This document shows, piece after piece, positions 18,236-27,515 of a stretch of DNA of 41,137 nt. The notes under the pieces are model-generated. The model saw only the letters and a program-made list of their open reading frames with translations. It was not told the origin of the DNA and did not search any database. The position numbers were made by a program, and so were the translations under genes. This stretch comes from Pseudomonadota bacterium. GTDB lineage: Bacteria > Bdellovibrionota_G > JALEGL01 > DATDPG01. Every line of letters starts with the position of its first letter. Within the stretch, counting starts at the first letter, position 1. The DNA is taken from positions 1 to 41,137 of the forward strand of contig JAZDIZ010000003.1 in assembly GCA_043804515.1 (NCBI GenBank), written 5' to 3'.

Positions 18236-18709
18236 ATGGATCCGCACCGACAATTCGATCTGCGCACGCAGCACTGGACCGGCGAAGAGGGGAAGCTGAT
18301 CCCCCTGCTCCAGAAGGTCCAAGCGCAGGAAGGATTTCTCAGCCGGGAGTGCCTTCAGGAAATTCACGAGAAAACGGGCGCGCCGTTGGCGGCGATCTAC
18401 GGCGTGGCGACGTTTTATTCGCAGTTCCGGCACCGTCCCGTGGGAAAAAACATCGTCCGTGTCTGCCACGGCACGGCCTGCCACGTGAACGGCGCCAACG
18501 ACATCACGAAGGCGGTCCAGGACCGGCTTCAAATCGGTGACGGGGAGACGACGAAGGACAGGCTCTTCACGCTGGAAACCGTGGCGTGCCTAGGGTGCTG
18601 CAGTCTGTCTCCGGTCATCATGGTCGGTAGCGTCACGTACGGGAAACTCACGACCAAGGAAGTGCGCAAGGTGCTCAAGAAATACCAGGACCAAGGGGGT
18701 TCGAAATGA
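18236..18709 (+). CDS. stnA: NuoE/HydC-like [2Fe-2S] subunit (StnA-type)
   Basis: GVATFYSQF, CHGTAC and CLGCC motifs; SD AAGGAG. Confidence 0.88.
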   Translation: MDPHRQFDLRTQHWTGEEGKLIPLLQKVQAQEGFLSRECLQEIHEKTGAPLAAIYGVATFYSQFRHRPVGKNIVRVCHGTACHVNGANDITKAVQDRLQIGDGETTKDRLFTLETVACLGCCSLSPVIMVGSVTYGKLTTKEVRKVLKKYQDQGGSK

Positions 18710-20472
18710 ACCGGATCCTGGTGGGGCTTGGGACCTGTGGAATCGCGGCGGGGGCGGAGGAAACCTATCGCACGCTGGCGGAGCGGCTGGCCGCGCGAAA
18801 GCTCCCCTGGGAGCTGGTCAAAACCGGCTGTGTCGGAATGTGTTACCGCGAACCGATGGTGGAGATCCGGGGGGAGGACGGGGAGCGCTTCACCTACGGG
18901 GACGTCACGCCCGAAAAAGTGGACCGCATCCTCGACGAGCACGTGGCGGCATCCCGACCGGTCGATGAGTGGCTGGTCTGGACGAACAACGGGAAGGGGG
19001 GCGAAAAAGCGTTCCTGGACCGGCAAAAGCGGATCGTGCTCCGCAATTCGGGATTCATCGATCCCGAGCGGATCGAGGATTACGTCGCCCAGCAGGGATA
19101 CAAGGCGCTTGAACAGGTTCTCAAAGCCGGAAACCAGGAACAGTTGATCGAAACGATCATCGAGTCGGGCCTTCGCGGCCGCGGCGGCGCCGGATTTTTG
19201 ACGGGCATGAAGTGGCGTCTCACGCGCATGGCGGCGGGCGAACAGAAGTACATTATCTGCAACGCCGACGAAGGGGATCCCGGAGCGTTCATGGATCGCT
19301 CGGTCCTGGAAAGCGATCCGCACTCCGTCCTGGAGGGAATGGCGATCGCCGGCTTCGCCATCGGCTCCAACCACGGCTACGTGTACGTCCGGGCCGAGTA
19401 TCCGAAAGCCATCGAAAGGCTGAATATCGCCATCGCCCAAGCCGAGAAGCAGCATCTGCTCGGCAAGAACATCCTGGGAGCCGGATTTGATTTCGAGATC
19501 CGCCTCAAGGAGGGAGCCGGCGCGTTCGTATGCGGCGAGGAAACGGCGCTGATCCAGTCGATCGAGGGGAAACGCGGTATGCCGAAGCTCCGGCCGCCGT
19601 TCCCGGCGTCAAAGGGCCTTTGGGATTGCCCCACGTCGATCAACAACGTCGAGACGTTCGCCAACGTGCCGTGGATCGTCCTCAACGGCGCTTCCGCGTT
19701 CAATTCACTGGGAACCGAGAAGAGCAAGGGGACGAAAGTCTTCGCGATGGCCGGCAAGGTCAAGCGGGGCGGGTTGGTGGAAGTCCCGATGGGGATCTCC
19801 ATTCACGATATCGTCCACGGGATCTGCGGCGGCATCAAAGAGGATAAAAAATTCAAAGCGGTGCAGATGGGAGGCCCCTCGGGAGGCTGCATTCCGGCGG
19901 AACTCGCGGACACCGTGATCGATTATGAATCCATCAACAAGACGGGCGCCATCATGGGCTCGGGCGGCCTGGTCGTGATGGACGAAACCACATGCATGGT
20001 GGACGTGGCCCGCTTCTTTCTGGATTTCACGCAGAGGGAGTCGTGCGGGAAGTGTACGTTCTGCCGCGTGGGGACCAAGCGGATGCTGGAAATCCTTACC
20101 CGCATCACCGAAGGCAAAGGGCGGGAGGGCGACATCGACCTGCTCGAGCGCCTGGCGAACTTCGTAAAGAACAACTCGCTCTGCGGCCTGGGACAAACGG
20201 CGCCGAACCCCGTTCTCACGACGCTCAAGTATTTCAGGGCCGAATATGAGGCGCACATCAGCAACAAGCGTTGCCCGGCGCATCAGTGCCAGAAGCTCTT
20301 GACGTACACGATTACGGAGGCCTGCAACGGTTGCATGGCCTGCGGGAGGGTGTGTCCCTCCAAGGCGATTTCCGGTGAACTCAAGAAACGGCATGAGATC
20401 GACACGTCCCAGTGCATTCAATGTGACGAGTGTTACAAGACGTGCCGGTTCCACGCGATAACGAGGATGTAG
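18706..20472 (+). CDS. stnB: NuoF/HydB-like FMN/NADH subunit of an electron-bifurcating complex (StnB-type)
   Basis: GLRGRGGAGF, NADEGDPGAFMDR, CGEETAL, GGPSGG, ESCGKCTFCR; N-terminal thioredoxin-like FeS domain; C-terminal 2x[4Fe-4S]. Confidence 0.9.
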   Translation: MNRILVGLGTCGIAAGAEETYRTLAERLAARKLPWELVKTGCVGMCYREPMVEIRGEDGERFTYGDVTPEKVDRILDEHVAASRPVDEWLVWTNNGKGGEKAFLDRQKRIVLRNSGFIDPERIEDYVAQQGYKALEQVLKAGNQEQLIETIIESGLRGRGGAGFLTGMKWRLTRMAAGEQKYIICNADEGDPGAFMDRSVLESDPHSVLEGMAIAGFAIGSNHGYVYVRAEYPKAIERLNIAIAQAEKQHLLGKNILGAGFDFEIRLKEGAGAFVCGEETALIQSIEGKRGMPKLRPPFPASKGLWDCPTSINNVETFANVPWIVLNGASAFNSLGTEKSKGTKVFAMAGKVKRGGLVEVPMGISIHDIVHGICGGIKEDKKFKAVQMGGPSGGCIPAELADTVIDYESINKTGAIMGSGGLVVMDETTCMVDVARFFLDFTQRESCGKCTFCRVGTKRMLEILTRITEGKGREGDIDLLERLANFVKNNSLCGLGQTAPNPVLTTLKYFRAEYEAHISNKRCPAHQCQKLLTYTITEACNGCMACGRVCPSKAISGELKKRHEIDTSQCIQCDECYKTCRFHAITRM

Positions 20473-20474
20473 GA

Positions 20475-23400
20475 ATGGCGCTGGTAAAACTGGAAGTTAA
20501 CGGCAAGAGAATCATTGCGGACAGCAAGCAGACGATTCTGGAAGTGGCCCGGCAAAACGGAATCGACACGATTCCGACGCTTTGCCACGACGGACAATTG
20601 GAGCCGTTCGCTTCCTGTTATTTGTGCGTCGTGAAGGTCAAAGGAGCGCGCACGTTGCTTCCCGCCTGTGCCACGAAAGTGGCTGCCGGAATGGTCGTGG
20701 AAACCGACAACGCGACCGTCCGGGAATCCCGCAAAGCCGCTCTGGAGTTGATCTTGTCGAATCACTACGCCGATTGCGTAGGCCCCTGCCAGCTGGCTTG
20801 TCCCGCCGGAATCGACATCCAGGGATACCTGGCCTTGGCGGCGTTGGGAAAATTCGAGGACGCCATCCGCCTGATCAAACAAGACAACCCTCTTCCCGCC
20901 ATCTGCGGCCGCGTGTGTACCCGGCCCTGCGAGGTGAAAGGATGCCGGCGCAACCTCCTCGATGAGCCGGTGGGAATCGACTACATCAAGCGATACTTGG
21001 CGGACATGGACCTGGGCAGGAAGGAGCCGTTCCGGATGAACGCTGCGCCGTCCACGGGCAAAAAGGTGGCCGTGATCGGAGGCGGGCCTGCCGGTCTCTC
21101 GTGCGCGAATTATTTGGCGCTACGGGGCCACGAGGTCCACATCTTCGAGAGCCTCCCCGAAGCGGGGGGGATGCTCCGGTACGGAATTCCCGAGTACCGG
21201 CTTCCCAAGGAGATTCTGGATCTGGAGATCGGCCAGATCCTGGATCTGGGCGTCAAGCTCTCCACGAACGTGGCGCTGGGGAAGGATTTCACGATTTCGA
21301 GCCTCAAACAGGAAGGCTACGGCGCGATCTTCCTCGGGATCGGCGCATGGGACAGCTCTTCCATGCGGGTCGAGAACGAGAACGTAACGGGAGTCCTGTC
21401 GGGGATCGAATTCCTCAAGGCTTTCGGCCTGCGCAAGAAACCGGAGGTCTACGGCACCGTCCTGGTCGTGGGAGGCGGAAACACGGCCGTCGACTGCGCC
21501 CGAACGGCGTTGCGCCTCGGCGCGAAAGATGTCCAGATCCTGTACCGGCGGACCAAGACGGAAATGCCGGCAAACCCGATGGAGATCGAAGAGGCCGAAC
21601 ATGAAGGCGTAAAGATCGATTTCCTGGTGGCGCCGCAAAAAGTGGTCGAAAAGAACGGGCGGGCGGCTGCGGTCGAGTGCATCCGGATGGAGCTTGGAGA
21701 ACCCGATGCCAGCGGCCGGAGAAGCCCGAAACCGATTCGCGGTTCCGAATTCGAGATTTCGTGCGATTTCGTGATCGCGGCAATCGGCCAAAACACGACG
21801 GTGTCGAGCCTTCTGGACGGGCACGTGGGCAATTTCCTCCCCTTCGGCGAGACGCTCAATCTCACCCGCTGGAACACGATTGCGGTCCAAGAGGGCACGT
21901 TCGAAACGAGCGTCGAGGGGGTGTTTTCCGGCGGAGACGTCGTTACGGGCGCCGCCACGGCCATCGAGGCGATCGCGGCGGGGCGCAAGACCGCTCACGC
22001 GATCGACACGTATCTTAAGGCCGGCAAGGCGCTCCCCGAGCCCAAGGAATTCAACAGCCGCAAAGACGGTTACCGGCAGGTCACGAAAGAGGATCTGCGC
22101 GCGGGGTCGAGGTACGCGCGGCGCGCGATGCCCCTCCTTCCCGTGGAGGACCGGATCCGTGGCTTCGCCGAAGTGGAACAGGGCTATGCCCCCGAGGACG
22201 TGATCAGCGAGGCCCATCGCTGCCTGGAGTGCGGCTGCCTCGCTCTCTTTGACTGCCAATTGAGAAAGTACGCGACGGAATACAACGTCGACATCAGGTC
22301 GTTCCAGGGGGAGGCGAAAGAATATCCTCTGGACCGCACACACCCCTTGATCGAACTGGACCCGAACAAGTGCATTCTTTGCGCGAGGTGCGTGAGGGTG
22401 TGCAGCGAAGTGGTCGGGGTGTACGCCTACGGCTTCATCAACCGCGGCTTCAACACCGTCGTGAAACCCTCCATGGGGCGGTCTCTCCTCGAGACGGACT
22501 GCGTCTCCTGCGGGTTGTGTGTCGACACGTGCCCGACGGGAGCCATTGTCGAAAAAGTGCCCCTGGCGAAACCGGGGCCGTGGAAAACGGAAGCGGTGGA
22601 AAGCGTCTGCGCTTATTGCGGCGTGGGATGTTCGCTTTCGTACGACGTATACGGAAGCACGCTTGTAAAGGTTTCGAAAAGCCGCAATGATGGGGACACC
22701 CTTAAGGGTGTCCCCCTTGGCGGAAATCACTGCAAGCGCGGCCGGTTCGGCTACAACTACGTTCAGGCTCCCGACCGACTGGTGAAACCCAAAATCCGTG
22801 CGGGGAGGGAGCTGCAGGACACGACCAGGGAGGACGTGGCGGACCACACCGCCATGCGCCTCAAAGAGCTCATCCGCAAATACAGCGGGTCCCAGATCGC
22901 GGTGTTCGTGTCGCCCCGGATGACGAACGAGGAGATCTATCTCGCTCAGAAGTTCGCGCGCGTGGTTTTGAGGACGCACAACGTCACTTCGTTCGCGAAC
23001 CTGTTCAACCGCGAGTTCTCGTGCCCCGAGGTCGTCTCGACGGCCTCGTATCCGGATCTTCTGGACGCCCAAACGGTCGTAGTCGTCAACTCCGATACGG
23101 ATGAGGAGCATTTTGTCGCGGACCTCTTGGTGAAGCGTTCACTCCGCCAGGGCGGACACCTGATCTACATCGGGCCGAAGGAGAGCCGCGTATCCCGGTT
23201 CGCCGAGGTTTTCATTCCGTGTGAGGACGGGAAACAGGCGGAAGTCGTGACCAGGCTCAAAGAGGCCGTGGAAGGAACGTGGTCGAAGCAGGATGGGAAG
23301 GGCGGTTCGGCTTCGGACCCGATCGGGCGGGCGGCGAAAATCCTCTCCAAGAGCGTTCTCAAGGTTCTCGTCTTCAACAAGGACTACCGGGGACTTCGCG

Positions 23401-24263
23401 TGCCCGGGGATGAGCGAGTTTTTGCATCGGCGGCGAAGTCACTGGGATGCTCGATTTTGGCGCTTCGGGAAAAATCGAACGCGCAGGGGCATGCCGACAT
23501 GGGTGCCGACCCGCAGTGGCTTCCGGGGTACGTTTCCTCCTTGGATCGCGAGGCGACGGACGATCTGGAAAAAGAGTGGTGCGTGGTCTTGCACGATCTG
23601 GAAAAGCCCACGGCTGATCTGGCTGAGGCGTTCCGGAAGAAGAAGATCAAAGTGGCCGTCATCCTCGGTGAAGACCCGTTGGGGAGCGAGACGTTTCCGA
23701 AAGATCTGCGGGACGGCCTGGATGCCGTCGAGTTCTTGATCGTGGGCGATCTGTTTCTGACGGCCACGGCTGCGGCCGCGAACGTCTTTCTGCCGCTTTC
23801 AAGCACGGCGGAAACGAGCGGAACGATGACGAACTCGGAACGCCGCGTGCAAAAGCTGTCGCGCGCGGTCCCGCCCAGGTCGGGGATGGAAACGTGGCAG
23901 ATCCTTTGTGAGATCGCGGCGAAGATGGGGTACCGCTTCAAGATGAAATACGCCGGGACGGCGGAGATCACGGACGAGATCCGCCGCGTGACCCCGATTT
24001 ACCGGCCGGTTCAAGCCGGCAGTACCGACGCCACTGCGATCTGGGATGCGTCGGCGTTTCCGCTCAAGACCCGGGAAGGCGACGGGAAGGCCGCAAAAAA
24101 GGCGATTCGTCCGGTTGGGACGCTGGCGTTCGACAATCTGGAGACGCGCTTCGAACGGTGGTTCGGTGAAATCTTCAAAGAGGCCCGCAAGTCGCTCCAT
24201 GCTGAGATACCCAAGCAGGTCAGCGTGGAGCCCGAACAACGCGTTTCCGCACCACCGGCGTAG
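20475..24263 (+). CDS. stnC: Multidomain FeS flavoprotein: [2Fe-2S] + GltD-like FAD/NADPH + 2x[4Fe-4S] + NuoG/Fdh-like domain lacking Mo ligand (StnC/NsoC-type)
   Basis: IPTLC..C..C; CQLACP, ICGRVC, GGGPAG, GGGNTAVD, YRRT; CLECGC; CILCARCVRVC, CVSCGLCVDTCP; CAYCGVGC; TNSERRVQ. Confidence 0.85.
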   Translation: MALVKLEVNGKRIIADSKQTILEVARQNGIDTIPTLCHDGQLEPFASCYLCVVKVKGARTLLPACATKVAAGMVVETDNATVRESRKAALELILSNHYADCVGPCQLACPAGIDIQGYLALAALGKFEDAIRLIKQDNPLPAICGRVCTRPCEVKGCRRNLLDEPVGIDYIKRYLADMDLGRKEPFRMNAAPSTGKKVAVIGGGPAGLSCANYLALRGHEVHIFESLPEAGGMLRYGIPEYRLPKEILDLEIGQILDLGVKLSTNVALGKDFTISSLKQEGYGAIFLGIGAWDSSSMRVENENVTGVLSGIEFLKAFGLRKKPEVYGTVLVVGGGNTAVDCARTALRLGAKDVQILYRRTKTEMPANPMEIEEAEHEGVKIDFLVAPQKVVEKNGRAAAVECIRMELGEPDASGRRSPKPIRGSEFEISCDFVIAAIGQNTTVSSLLDGHVGNFLPFGETLNLTRWNTIAVQEGTFETSVEGVFSGGDVVTGAATAIEAIAAGRKTAHAIDTYLKAGKALPEPKEFNSRKDGYRQVTKEDLRAGSRYARRAMPLLPVEDRIRGFAEVEQGYAPEDVISEAHRCLECGCLALFDCQLRKYATEYNVDIRSFQGEAKEYPLDRTHPLIELDPNKCILCARCVRVCSEVVGVYAYGFINRGFNTVVKPSMGRSLLETDCVSCGLCVDTCPTGAIVEKVPLAKPGPWKTEAVESVCAYCGVGCSLSYDVYGSTLVKVSKSRNDGDTLKGVPLGGNHCKRGRFGYNYVQAPDRLVKPKIRAGRELQDTTREDVADHTAMRLKELIRKYSGSQIAVFVSPRMTNEEIYLAQKFARVVLRTHNVTSFANLFNREFSCPEVVSTASYPDLLDAQTVVVVNSDTDEEHFVADLLVKRSLRQGGHLIYIGPKESRVSRFAEVFIPCEDGKQAEVVTRLKEAVEGTWSKQDGKGGSASDPIGRAAKILSKSVLKVLVFNKDYRGLRVPGDERVFASAAKSLGCSILALREKSNAQGHADMGADPQWLPGYVSSLDREATDDLEKEWCVVLHDLEKPTADLAEAFRKKKIKVAVILGEDPLGSETFPKDLRDGLDAVEFLIVGDLFLTATAAAANVFLPLSSTAETSGTMTNSERRVQKLSRAVPPRSGMETWQILCEIAAKMGYRFKMKYAGTAEITDEIRRVTPIYRPVQAGSTDATAIWDASAFPLKTREGDGKAAKKAIRPVGTLAFDNLETRFERWFGEIFKEARKSLHAEIPKQVSVEPEQRVSAPPA

Positions 24264-24402
24264 AAGACGAGGCGATAACGGGCCGGTCACCCGCACGCAG
24301 GCAACCGGTGATCCGCCCGCGGTATCGGTTTCCGTGAACCGATTCGGACCCCGAATCTCCGCAAGATTTCCACTTTGACGGAATCGGCGTAACTTCGGGT
24401 TT

Positions 24403-24948
24403 ATGCGCCTAAGAAAGATTTCCCTTCGTGTATTGTTCGCACTGTCTTTTGCTTTCGGCCTGATGTCCCGGTGGGCGATCGCCGACGAACCTGTACGGGA
24501 GCCGCGACAAGGCTTCTTCCTGGGCTTCGACGTGGGAGGTGGCGGAATCACGCTCAACGGCTTGGACCGCGGGGCATTCTTGGGCGGAATCAAGATCGGC
24601 GGGGGTGTGAGCGAGAAAGTCCTTCTGATGGGCGAAACCAGCGGCGCGGCCACATCGATCGACGGGGATACCGTGGGAATTTCCGGCATCTATTTCGCCA
24701 CGCAATGGTTTTTCGCGGATAATTTTTACGTGCGCCCGGGAGTCGGATTCGCGGTTCTGCGGACGGCTTCAGGTCATATAAGCGCGGAAAGCGACGCCGG
24801 ATTTTCAGCGGCGGCAGCCGTCGGTTATGAGTTTCGGTTGACCAAGCGATTCGCGATGTCCCCGGAAGCCAAGGGCAGCTACGCCCGTATCCAAGGCGGG
24901 AACGTCGGCGCGTACGGTGCGGCTCTGGATCTTCGCTGGTACCTCTAG
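24403..24948 (+). CDS. Outer-membrane 8-stranded beta-barrel protein
   Basis: Signal peptide, alternating Gly/aromatic strands, C-terminal LDLRWYL BAM-type signal. Confidence 0.85.
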   Translation: MRLRKISLRVLFALSFAFGLMSRWAIADEPVREPRQGFFLGFDVGGGGITLNGLDRGAFLGGIKIGGGVSEKVLLMGETSGAATSIDGDTVGISGIYFATQWFFADNFYVRPGVGFAVLRTASGHISAESDAGFSAAAAVGYEFRLTKRFAMSPEAKGSYARIQGGNVGAYGAALDLRWYL

Positions 24949-25012
24949 GCCCACGGGCTGAAGACGTCGGATAATTCGGGGGCCCGTCGTGCCCCTAATT
25001 GTAACCCGAAAT

Positions 25013-25951
25013 TCAGTTACAAGGATTTGTCCCGATGCTGTCGGGCAGCAGGAAGTTGTCCGCCGTCAGCACTTTCCAACCCCTGTTGAGGAAGTCGGTG
25101 TATCTCTGGGTGGCTGCGGGAGGCTCGCTCGGACCGTTCGTGAAAAAGCCCTGGTTGCCCACTTCGGCTCCGCACTCGGGTTCGTCGACCGAAAGGGCGG
25201 TCCCGGTGCGCCAGAAAAGCATCAGCGCGATCTGGTATTTCGGGCCTTGGTCCCAGGCGATTTCCACAGGGAGCTTGTCACCCGTGTGGAATGCGATTGT
25301 GGACAAATTACAAACCAGCGCGCTCGCATGTGTTCCGTCGTTATCGATCCACTTCTGGTCCCACGTCGTACCGCCGTCCGGTGAAAGGTTCATCACGGCG
25401 CCGTCGTCGGCCAGAATCGCAAATTGATATTCCCCCTCCGGATCGGCGATTCCGAGTTGGATCTGCGTCGCGATGAAGAGGGCGAAGTATTCGATGAGAG
25501 CGTTCCCATTCCTGTCCTTGAGAAGATTGCCCTGCGCGTCCGTAAAGCCCTGGTCGAAATAGGAAGTCTCTTTGTTGAGACGGCTCAGAAAGACGTTGTT
25601 GAGGACCTGCGTGATATTCGGCATTCCGGGGACGAAGTCGCTTGCGTTGAAAGCGTAATTCGTCACCGGGTCCATATACGTCAGCGTCGCGACGAGGCCG
25701 CTGGTCGAACTCACGGGGTCGCCCGTTCCCAAAGGGTCACAGATCGGCGGCGGCGTCGGGTCGGTCGCGGGATTATCGCCGGGATCCGTGTCCCCTGTCG
25801 TGGTGATAGTGGGAGTATCGGAACCCGAAGAAGGCGGTTCCCCGATATCAAAGCCAAAGGACCCCGATGAAACGAAGCGGTAGTTCGAATTACAGCCCCC
25901 TGCGAGAAGAACCGCGAACGTGAGAATTGTTATGCCCGTAAATCTAATCAT
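25013..25951 (-). CDS. PA14-like domain lipoprotein
   Basis: AGGC lipobox, Pro/Thr/Asp linker, EYFAL, GEYQFAILADDGA, IDNDGTH, QGP motifs typical of PA14 domains. Confidence 0.82.
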   Translation of the reverse strand: MIRFTGITILTFAVLLAGGCNSNYRFVSSGSFGFDIGEPPSSGSDTPTITTTGDTDPGDNPATDPTPPPICDPLGTGDPVSSTSGLVATLTYMDPVTNYAFNASDFVPGMPNITQVLNNVFLSRLNKETSYFDQGFTDAQGNLLKDRNGNALIEYFALFIATQIQLGIADPEGEYQFAILADDGAVMNLSPDGGTTWDQKWIDNDGTHASALVCNLSTIAFHTGDKLPVEIAWDQGPKYQIALMLFWRTGTALSVDEPECGAEVGNQGFFTNGPSEPPAATQRYTDFLNRGWKVLTADNFLLPDSIGTNPCN

Positions 25952-25974
25952 CGCACTCTCCCACCAAAGAAAAC

Positions 25975-25990
25975 TGCAGGATTCGTGCCA
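25975..25990 (-). promoter_or_regulatory. Sigma54 -24/-12 promoter
   Basis: Minus strand reads TGGCACGAATCCTGCA; IHF-like site at 26014-26026; predicted 13-nt leader contains GGGAG. Confidence 0.85.
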
Positions 25991-26159
25991 TCGCGGCAAC
26001 AAAAGGTGCGTAGTAACTATTTAATATAACTACATATTGTCGTATTGATCGGTGTTTCGGAACTATTCTCTATGCAATCATTTCACATGGGCGAACCTTT
26101 TTGCGCAGGTGCTTTGGTCCGGTGAATTGACCAAGGCTTTTTCGCGTGGAACCCGGGCT

Positions 26160-26348
26160 TCAGATGCAGGGGTCGGTTCCGGTGCTGTCCGGCAGGAAGA
26201 AATTGTCCGCGTTCAGCATCTTCCAGCCGTGCGAAAGAATCGTGTCACAATTGACTGTGCCTTCCGGCCCACTCGAGGAATCCGCAAAGAAATAGCTGTC
26301 ATCCTGCGTGGGTCCGCAAAGGGGTTCCTCTATCTTAAGATCGTTGCC
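26160..26348 (-). pseudogene. Start-less orphan C-terminal fragment of a PA14-lipoprotein paralog (62 aa)
   Basis: Translates GNDLKIEEPLCGPTQDDSYFFADSSSGPEGTVNCDTILSHGWKMLNADNFFLPDSTGTDPCI*, collinear with GTALSVDEPECG...NRGWKVLTADNFLLPDSIGTNPCN* of 25013-25951. Not in the ORF track. Confidence 0.85.
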
Positions 26349-26514
26349 GGCGCCGGCATTCTCCGCCGTTGTTCCTGATCTTGTCTGGAGACGAAATATT
26401 GTGTTGTTGGCGCGTTTGGAATGTTTTCAAAATGAATGTTTACAAAATGTCCTGAGTTCGCCAAGTTGTAATTGCACAGTTGGCGATTTAGCAGAGTTGT
26501 AGGGGGTATCAATT

Positions 26515-27129
26515 ATGCACATTCGCACGTACTGGATCATCGGCGGGTTCTCCTTTTTGGGGCTTTTTTCGGTTCCGGCATGGGCCGTTGATGGAGACAC
26601 CGACCAGCCGATGTTGAACCCTCCGCGGTCAACTGCGGAACGAGCCCAACCCTGCATCCAGAAAATCTATGAAGAGCTGGGGATAGAGCGGGACGGGACG
26701 TTCGATCTTACCGGTTCGCACGACATGGTGAGGCTGGACATCGCCACCGAACTCGCCGCCAGCAATTGCGCGAAGGCCACTCAAATTGTGCGCAGGTATC
26801 TCAACACACTTTTTGAAGCGGTCGCCATAAAGCAATCCAAACTCGGATTTAAGGCGAACCTTGAGAAAATCCACAGCGTACGGATCGAAGACTGCTCCAT
26901 GCCTTGGCGGTACTACGCGATTGTTAATGGTATGGGCCTCGTATCGTGGAAAAAGGAGCACCGCGTTCTAGGGCTGGGAGTCTTTCGTCCCCCTCTTAAT
27001 CGGGGAGCGGTGGACGTCGACAGAGATTCAACGTTTGTTGCCGAACAGCTGCCGGGAGCCTTGGAGGATGATTGGGATCTCCGAGTCGCCGGCATGCCGT
27101 CACCGCGCGGATCGAAGGACTATAGGTAA
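26515..27129 (+). CDS. Hypothetical secreted protein, tandem paralog 1
   Basis: Signal peptide (AWA); SD-like AGGGGG; paralog at 27516. Confidence 0.8.
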   Translation: MHIRTYWIIGGFSFLGLFSVPAWAVDGDTDQPMLNPPRSTAERAQPCIQKIYEELGIERDGTFDLTGSHDMVRLDIATELAASNCAKATQIVRRYLNTLFEAVAIKQSKLGFKANLEKIHSVRIEDCSMPWRYYAIVNGMGLVSWKKEHRVLGLGVFRPPLNRGAVDVDRDSTFVAEQLPGALEDDWDLRVAGMPSPRGSKDYR

Positions 27130-27155
27130 ATCCGGCATTAAGAATCGTGCTGGAT

Positions 27156-27189
27156 AGCCCACCGGAAACCCGCTGGGCTCTTTGTTTTT
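27156..27189 (+). terminator. Intrinsic terminator, copy 1
   Basis: AGCCCA...TGGGCT stem followed by CTTTGTTTTT. Confidence 0.6.
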
Positions 27190-27238
27190 ACGCCTCCGGC
27201 TTGCGGATCACGCCCTGGTTCGTTCTTCCGTTCATCTT
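27163..27238. repeat. 76-bp perfect direct repeat (= 28165-28240), includes the last 51 nt of the PEP-binding-domain gene
   Basis: Base-by-base identity at a 1002-bp offset. Confidence 0.92.
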
Positions 27239-27283
27239 TACGATGAGCGAGCAACTACGCAGATGGCCCTTTTCACCAACCTG

Positions 27284-27406
27284 TCAGTTGCAGGGGTTCG
27301 TCCCGATGCTGTCGGGCAGCAGGAAGTTGTCCGCGTTCAGCACCTTCCAACCGTGCGAAAGAAACGTGTCGAAATTGGCTGTTGCCACGTTCAATCCACT
27401 TGGCCC
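27284..27406 (-). pseudogene. Second start-less orphan C-terminal fragment of the PA14 lipoprotein (40 aa)
   Basis: Translates GPSGLNVATANFDTFLSHGWKVLNADNFLLPDSIGTNPCN*; the last 16 residues are identical to the intact gene. Confidence 0.85.
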
Positions 27407-27515
27407 GGCATTCTCCGATTGTCTTATTGGTTTCTTTGAAACAACGAAATGTCACATTATATTGGGACGGTTCGGCTTCATTTTTGTAATGTAGGCGCAT
27501 ATGGGGGTATCAACT

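Noticed and set aside
18236..24263. Respiratory complex I (nuoEFG), formate dehydrogenase or HydABC hydrogenase
   Set aside because: No membrane nuo genes, no Mo-ligand Cys/Sec, no H-cluster in the large subunit; a GltD module is present instead.
25013..27406. Diversity-generating retroelement (TR/VR pair)
   Set aside because: Differences among the three copies are not adenine-specific on either strand, and no reverse transcriptase is in the window.
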